Position numbers and translations under genes: made by a program | Notes under the pieces: generated by a model | Database searches by the model: none | The model's input: only the letters and a program-made list of their open reading frames with translations | What the model was told of the DNA's origin: nothing | Shown: positions 60,099 to 64,000 of the stretch, in pieces | How the letters are laid out: every line of letters starts with the position of its first letter | Numbering within the stretch: position 1 is the stretch's first letter | From: a virus | Taxonomy: Duplodnaviria > Caudoviricetes | DNA length: 64,000 nucleotides | Reading direction: 5' to 3' (one strand) | IMG/VR virus record: IMGVR_UViG_3300028805_000037 | Span: 160,001 to 224,000 of that record

Positions 60099-60926
60099 AT
60101 GGCTAAAAAGTATCAAAGAATTTTAAATATGCAAAATGGAATAACTTCAACAAAGTTATTTAATTCTCCATATTGGACTGATGTTGTAGATATGGTAAAA
60201 AATGCAGCAAATCCATATTCAGTATATAGATATTTGAATGAAGATAAAAAATTTAAAGTATCTTATCCTACAGTTTTAACAGCTTGTCAATATATTAGAT
60301 TAAATGGTGATAAAGCATTAGCACTTTTTAAAGAATCTGAAAAAGCTGTATTAAAAGAAAATGAAGAAATAAAAAAGATAGCACCTTCATTAACAAATAT
60401 GTTTACAAGAAGAACAAATTTGATAACTGAAATTTTAAAACGTAAAATGGAATTATTAAATTTACAAAAAGAAGGTGATAGAGTATTAGATTTAATAAAA
60501 ATGTTAGATATTTATAATAATGAAATAATTAAAAATCTTAAACCTAATATAACTAGTCAAGAATTAACTGATTTTAGTAAAAAATATACAAAAATAATGG
60601 ATTATATAAAAGGTAATTTTACAAGTTATAAAATTGATACGAATGTTGAAGGTTTAATAAGAAATTACATTAAAGATTTACATGATATTTATAAATATGT
60701 TGAAGAATTTACTGGTAAGTATGATATAATGAATGTAATTGATAATTTATCTTTAGATATAACACGTTCAGCTGTAGAAACATTTGGTAAATTTATTAGG
60801 CAAGAAACTCCAGAAGTTAGAAGTGAAATTCTTAATAAGTTTAAACAATCTATTAAGAGTATAGTAAATGATATAAAATTAAATAAATTAGATATTAAAG
60901 AAGACGAAGTGGTTTATAATGAATAA
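60099..60926 (+). CDS. putative terminase small subunit
   Basis: Helical protein overlapping the terL start. Confidence 0.5.
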   Translation: MAKKYQRILNMQNGITSTKLFNSPYWTDVVDMVKNAANPYSVYRYLNEDKKFKVSYPTVLTACQYIRLNGDKALALFKESEKAVLKENEEIKKIAPSLTNMFTRRTNLITEILKRKMELLNLQKEGDRVLDLIKMLDIYNNEIIKNLKPNITSQELTDFSKKYTKIMDYIKGNFTSYKIDTNVEGLIRNYIKDLHDIYKYVEEFTGKYDIMNVIDNLSLDITRSAVETFGKFIRQETPEVRSEILNKFKQSIKSIVNDIKLNKLDIKEDEVVYNE

Positions 60927-63168
60927 TTTAGATTCTAAATTAGATAATATATTTGATGATATTTTAAATGTAAAAGAAGAAAGTAATAATCTTATTGAAT
61001 GGGAAGAAGAACCAGTAACTTTTAGAGAATTTCTTACATCAAAAGATCATCTTGATTTTCCAGAATATTCAGATAGACAATATGAAGCTATTACAGCATT
61101 ATTTGGTGATGATCCTAAAAATATATTTTTTAGTGATACAACTGCATTTTTATGTATTTTAATTTGGGGAAAAGGTTGCTTAGCTGGAGAATCAATTCTA
61201 GAAGATGCATTAACACATAAAAAATATACAATTGAAGAACTTTATAAACAGAATAAAAGTATATTAGTTAATAGTTATAATGAAGAAAAACAAAAAGTTG
61301 AAATCTGCGCAGCTTCTGTTCCTTGGATTTCAGGTAAAGGTGAAATTTACGAAGTATTAACAGAAACAGAGCATAAGATAAATGTATTTAAGCATCATCA
61401 ATTTTATACTGAAAAAGGTTGGCAAAGGCTTTCAGATTTAAAAGTTGATGATAAAATATTAAACGATGTACTACTATTTGAAAAGATAAAGTCAATTAAT
61501 TATTTACGTAAAGATAATTATTATGATTTAGAAGTAGATAAATATCATAATTATTTAGCACATGGTTTATATAATCATAATTCTGGCAAAGATACAATAT
61601 GTTGTCATTGTATTCTTTATTGTATTTATGTTTTATTATGTGTAAAAGTTCCACAAAATATGTTTAAAGGTATTGATAGTAAAACTGTTATAGATATATT
61701 GAATGTTGCATCTACTGCACGTCAGGCGAATTCAATATTTTTTACAAAGATGAAAAATCATGTTAAATCTTGGAAGTGGTTAAAAAATAAATATGTAATT
61801 AAAGATTCTGGTAAAAAAGTACAAAAAGATAAAAAAGAAGATGAAAATATTGTATCTATAAAAGGTGATGAAATAATGTTTCCTAAAAGAATCAGAGCAT
61901 TATCAAAACACAGTCAACAAGAAGCAGCTGAAGGTTGTTCACCTTTATTATGGATTGCAGATGAATTCGATTCATTTTCAGATAAAAATCAAAAATCTAA
62001 TGCAATGGCTATGTATAGTGCATTAGAAACTTCAATGAGAACAAGATATGGACAGCAAGGAAAAGGTTTTATTATATCATGGCCAAGATATGATGGTGGA
62101 CCAATACAACAATTAGCAAAATTACATAAAAATAATTTAAGAGCATATATTGATGTAGCTCCAACATTTGAAGTAAAACCAAAAAGATGCTTTGTAGATA
62201 AATGGATAAATTGGCACGGACATGAAATTCCAGAAGATTATCTTGAAGAATTTGAAAGACATCCTGAAGATTCAAAAGCTAAATTTTTATGTTTACCACC
62301 AAAAACTTCTGATCCATTTTTTACTGAATTAAGTAGAATTGATGCTTGTATAGATGTAAATAAACAACCTATGTTTACTTATAGAGAAAAAGTTATTGAT
62401 AGTATGAATGGTAAATTAATTAGTCTTGAAATAATTTCAAGAAATTATAATATGCAAGATGTAAGTTTTGTTGTAGCTGGAGATATTGGATTAAGTAATG
62501 ACTTAACTGCTGTATCAATTTGGCATACTGAAACACTTAATCTTGCCGATGGTACAACATATAATACATTTGTTCAAGATTGTTTATTTAAATGGAAACC
62601 AGATAAAAGTAAGAATATAAAAGTTGATGTAGATAATATACAAACTATAATAGATACATTAATAAATGATTATAAATTACCTATAAATGGAATAATTTTT
62701 GATCATTATAATAGTGCTACTTTACTTACACATTATTCTAAAAAAGGTATAAATGCACAAGCTTATACATTAAAAACACAAGATTTTTATGATATTAGAG
62801 CCAAGATTTATGATAATAAAGTTAGATTTTTAGATGATAAATATCAAAATGATGAAATAAAAAGATTAACAAATACAACATCTGGTAAGCCTGATCATCT
62901 TCCTGATGAACATGATGATGTATTTAGAGCAAATTGTTTAGCTATAGTATCATTATCTGGATTTAAAAATCAGAGTGTTATTGTAAATGATGATGGTATG
63001 TTTTTTCAAAAAAAGATGACACCTCAATTAATGGAAAATAGTTTAGACAATTTTGAACCAGTTACTGTAAAAGCTAAATTACATACTGGTAGATCTCAAA
63101 TGGATTTTAATCCTTTTAGTGATGATGATTATGGTAGTTTTGATGATGAAATAGACTTCAGAAACTAG
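60919..63168 (+). CDS. terL: terminase large subunit with a mini-intein
   Basis: WGKG[intein]SGKD Walker A; WIADEFD Walker B; GDIGLSNDLTA and HDDVF nuclease motifs. Confidence 0.92.
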   Translation: MNNLDSKLDNIFDDILNVKEESNNLIEWEEEPVTFREFLTSKDHLDFPEYSDRQYEAITALFGDDPKNIFFSDTTAFLCILIWGKGCLAGESILEDALTHKKYTIEELYKQNKSILVNSYNEEKQKVEICAASVPWISGKGEIYEVLTETEHKINVFKHHQFYTEKGWQRLSDLKVDDKILNDVLLFEKIKSINYLRKDNYYDLEVDKYHNYLAHGLYNHNSGKDTICCHCILYCIYVLLCVKVPQNMFKGIDSKTVIDILNVASTARQANSIFFTKMKNHVKSWKWLKNKYVIKDSGKKVQKDKKEDENIVSIKGDEIMFPKRIRALSKHSQQEAAEGCSPLLWIADEFDSFSDKNQKSNAMAMYSALETSMRTRYGQQGKGFIISWPRYDGGPIQQLAKLHKNNLRAYIDVAPTFEVKPKRCFVDKWINWHGHEIPEDYLEEFERHPEDSKAKFLCLPPKTSDPFFTELSRIDACIDVNKQPMFTYREKVIDSMNGKLISLEIISRNYNMQDVSFVVAGDIGLSNDLTAVSIWHTETLNLADGTTYNTFVQDCLFKWKPDKSKNIKVDVDNIQTIIDTLINDYKLPINGIIFDHYNSATLLTHYSKKGINAQAYTLKTQDFYDIRAKIYDNKVRFLDDKYQNDEIKRLTNTTSGKPDHLPDEHDDVFRANCLAIVSLSGFKNQSVIVNDDGMFFQKKMTPQLMENSLDNFEPVTVKAKLHTGRSQMDFNPFSDDDYGSFDDEIDFRN
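61177..61581 (+). mobile_element. 135-aa mini-intein (no endonuclease) in the TerL Walker A
   Basis: CLAGES...HHQFYT...YYDLEV...YNHN|S. Confidence 0.93.
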
Positions 63169-63251
63169 TCTTGGTAATTCCAAAATTTAAATTTAAAAAT
63201 TAGGACTTATAGAGTCCTTTTATATATAAATTTAATTTAGAGGTATATTTT

Positions 63252-64000
63252 ATGAACGATTCCATTATTGATTTTTTACAATCTGTAAGATTAATTAAAG
63301 CAAATGTTAAAGATTTGATTAATATTTATAGATTTCTTGAGAAAAAGTATATATCTGCGAATAAAAATACACTTTTAAATAGTTTATTAAAAGAAAAGAA
63401 AGTAATTTTTTCATATTTTGATAAATATAAAGATTATTCATTAAAACAAGTAAAAGCATATATAAATGAACTTGAAGATTCTTATATAGATATGAATGAA
63501 TTTGATGAATTATATAAACCTACAAAAGATATTAATCTTATTAAACTTGCATATCAGAATAATATGTATAAAATAGAAAATGAAGCATTGTCTAATCCTA
63601 TAACTACTAAAAATCAAATATATGCTATGCAGTATCTTAGAGATTTAGCACCGAGATTAAGCTATCAAGATTCTATGGATATTCTAAATCATACTCAAAA
63701 TAGTGGAAAATTTTGTATAGCAAGAGATTATTATATATCTAATAAAAATGATATTACTCAAACAGAATTTGATACAAGATATTTAAGAGAAACACCTAAT
63801 ACAAGTGCTACATTTGAAGGAACGTCAATTGGAACGAATGCAGATCCATATATGCCAGTATCTAGACAATTTGCAGCAGAAAATGATGATATTAGAACTC
63901 AAGATCTAAAAAATAAATCTTTAGGTAAAATTGACGTAGAACAAACTCCTGAAAAAACTAATGAACAAAAGTTAGAACAAGAAGAAAATTCAATAAATGT
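63252..64000 (+). CDS. hypothetical (probably virion/head) protein, truncated by the window edge
   Basis: GAGG RBS; MNDSIIDFLQSV... open to the end; preceded by TTTAAATTTAAAA at 63186. Confidence 0.65.
   Translation, partial: MNDSIIDFLQSVRLIKANVKDLINIYRFLEKKYISANKNTLLNSLLKEKKVIFSYFDKYKDYSLKQVKAYINELEDSYIDMNEFDELYKPTKDINLIKLAYQNNMYKIENEALSNPITTKNQIYAMQYLRDLAPRLSYQDSMDILNHTQNSGKFCIARDYYISNKNDITQTEFDTRYLRETPNTSATFEGTSIGTNADPYMPVSRQFAAENDDIRTQDLKNKSLGKIDVEQTPEKTNEQKLEQEENSIN

Noticed and set aside
710-62275. Short antisense ORFs in the track (e.g. 710-895, 3734-3916, 10137-10337, 11655-11927, 23963-24250, 39421-39642, 41082-41381, 44732-45091, 53505-53855, 62072-62275)
   Set aside because: F/I/L-rich shadows opposite well-supported genes, with no RBS.
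63196-63221. Fourth omegaRNA copy after the motif at 63186 (hairpin AGGACT-TATAG-AGTCCT)
   Set aside because: Only a short hairpin; the conserved core (AAATGTACATCGAGATA, GAAATGTATAGAGAA) is absent. More likely a terminator or leader hairpin.

Overview
This window is a 64-kb piece of a very AT-rich, large myovirus-like phage genome read in the standard genetic code. Layout: a truncated PD-(D/E)XK nuclease, then a + strand neck/sheath/tube/tape-measure/baseplate module (952-22427), then a - strand block of small, partly decayed accessory genes plus an SNF2 helicase (22487-38056). A 1.2-kb non-coding region follows, then a + strand replication/repair module (Pif1-like helicase, intein-containing RtcB, DnaC-like loader, RecA, DnaE, split SbcC with SbcD, DnaB, DnaG). 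It ends with a degenerate GroEL-like gene, two sigma-like genes and an intein-containing terminase. Four tnpB genes of three different types are present, one in a complete IS607. The main observation is a compact ~90-nt structured RNA that overlaps the 3' end of tnpB 4317-5456 and recurs as two stand-alone copies (5535-5624 +, 39111-39199 -), with compensatory changes in its stems and in a pseudoknot. All three copies start at the same spacing behind the palindrome TTTAAATTTAAA, which also precedes the structural genes and every tnpB locus. Their putative guides all begin with the distal half of that motif (ATTTAAA). This suggests an RNA-guided system aimed at the phage's late-promoter motif, with mini guide cassettes served in trans. 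A second repeated, covarying promoter/hairpin-RNA element occurs at 7412-7550 (+) and 38963-39097 (-). All functional calls are from manual motif recognition; no database searches were run.
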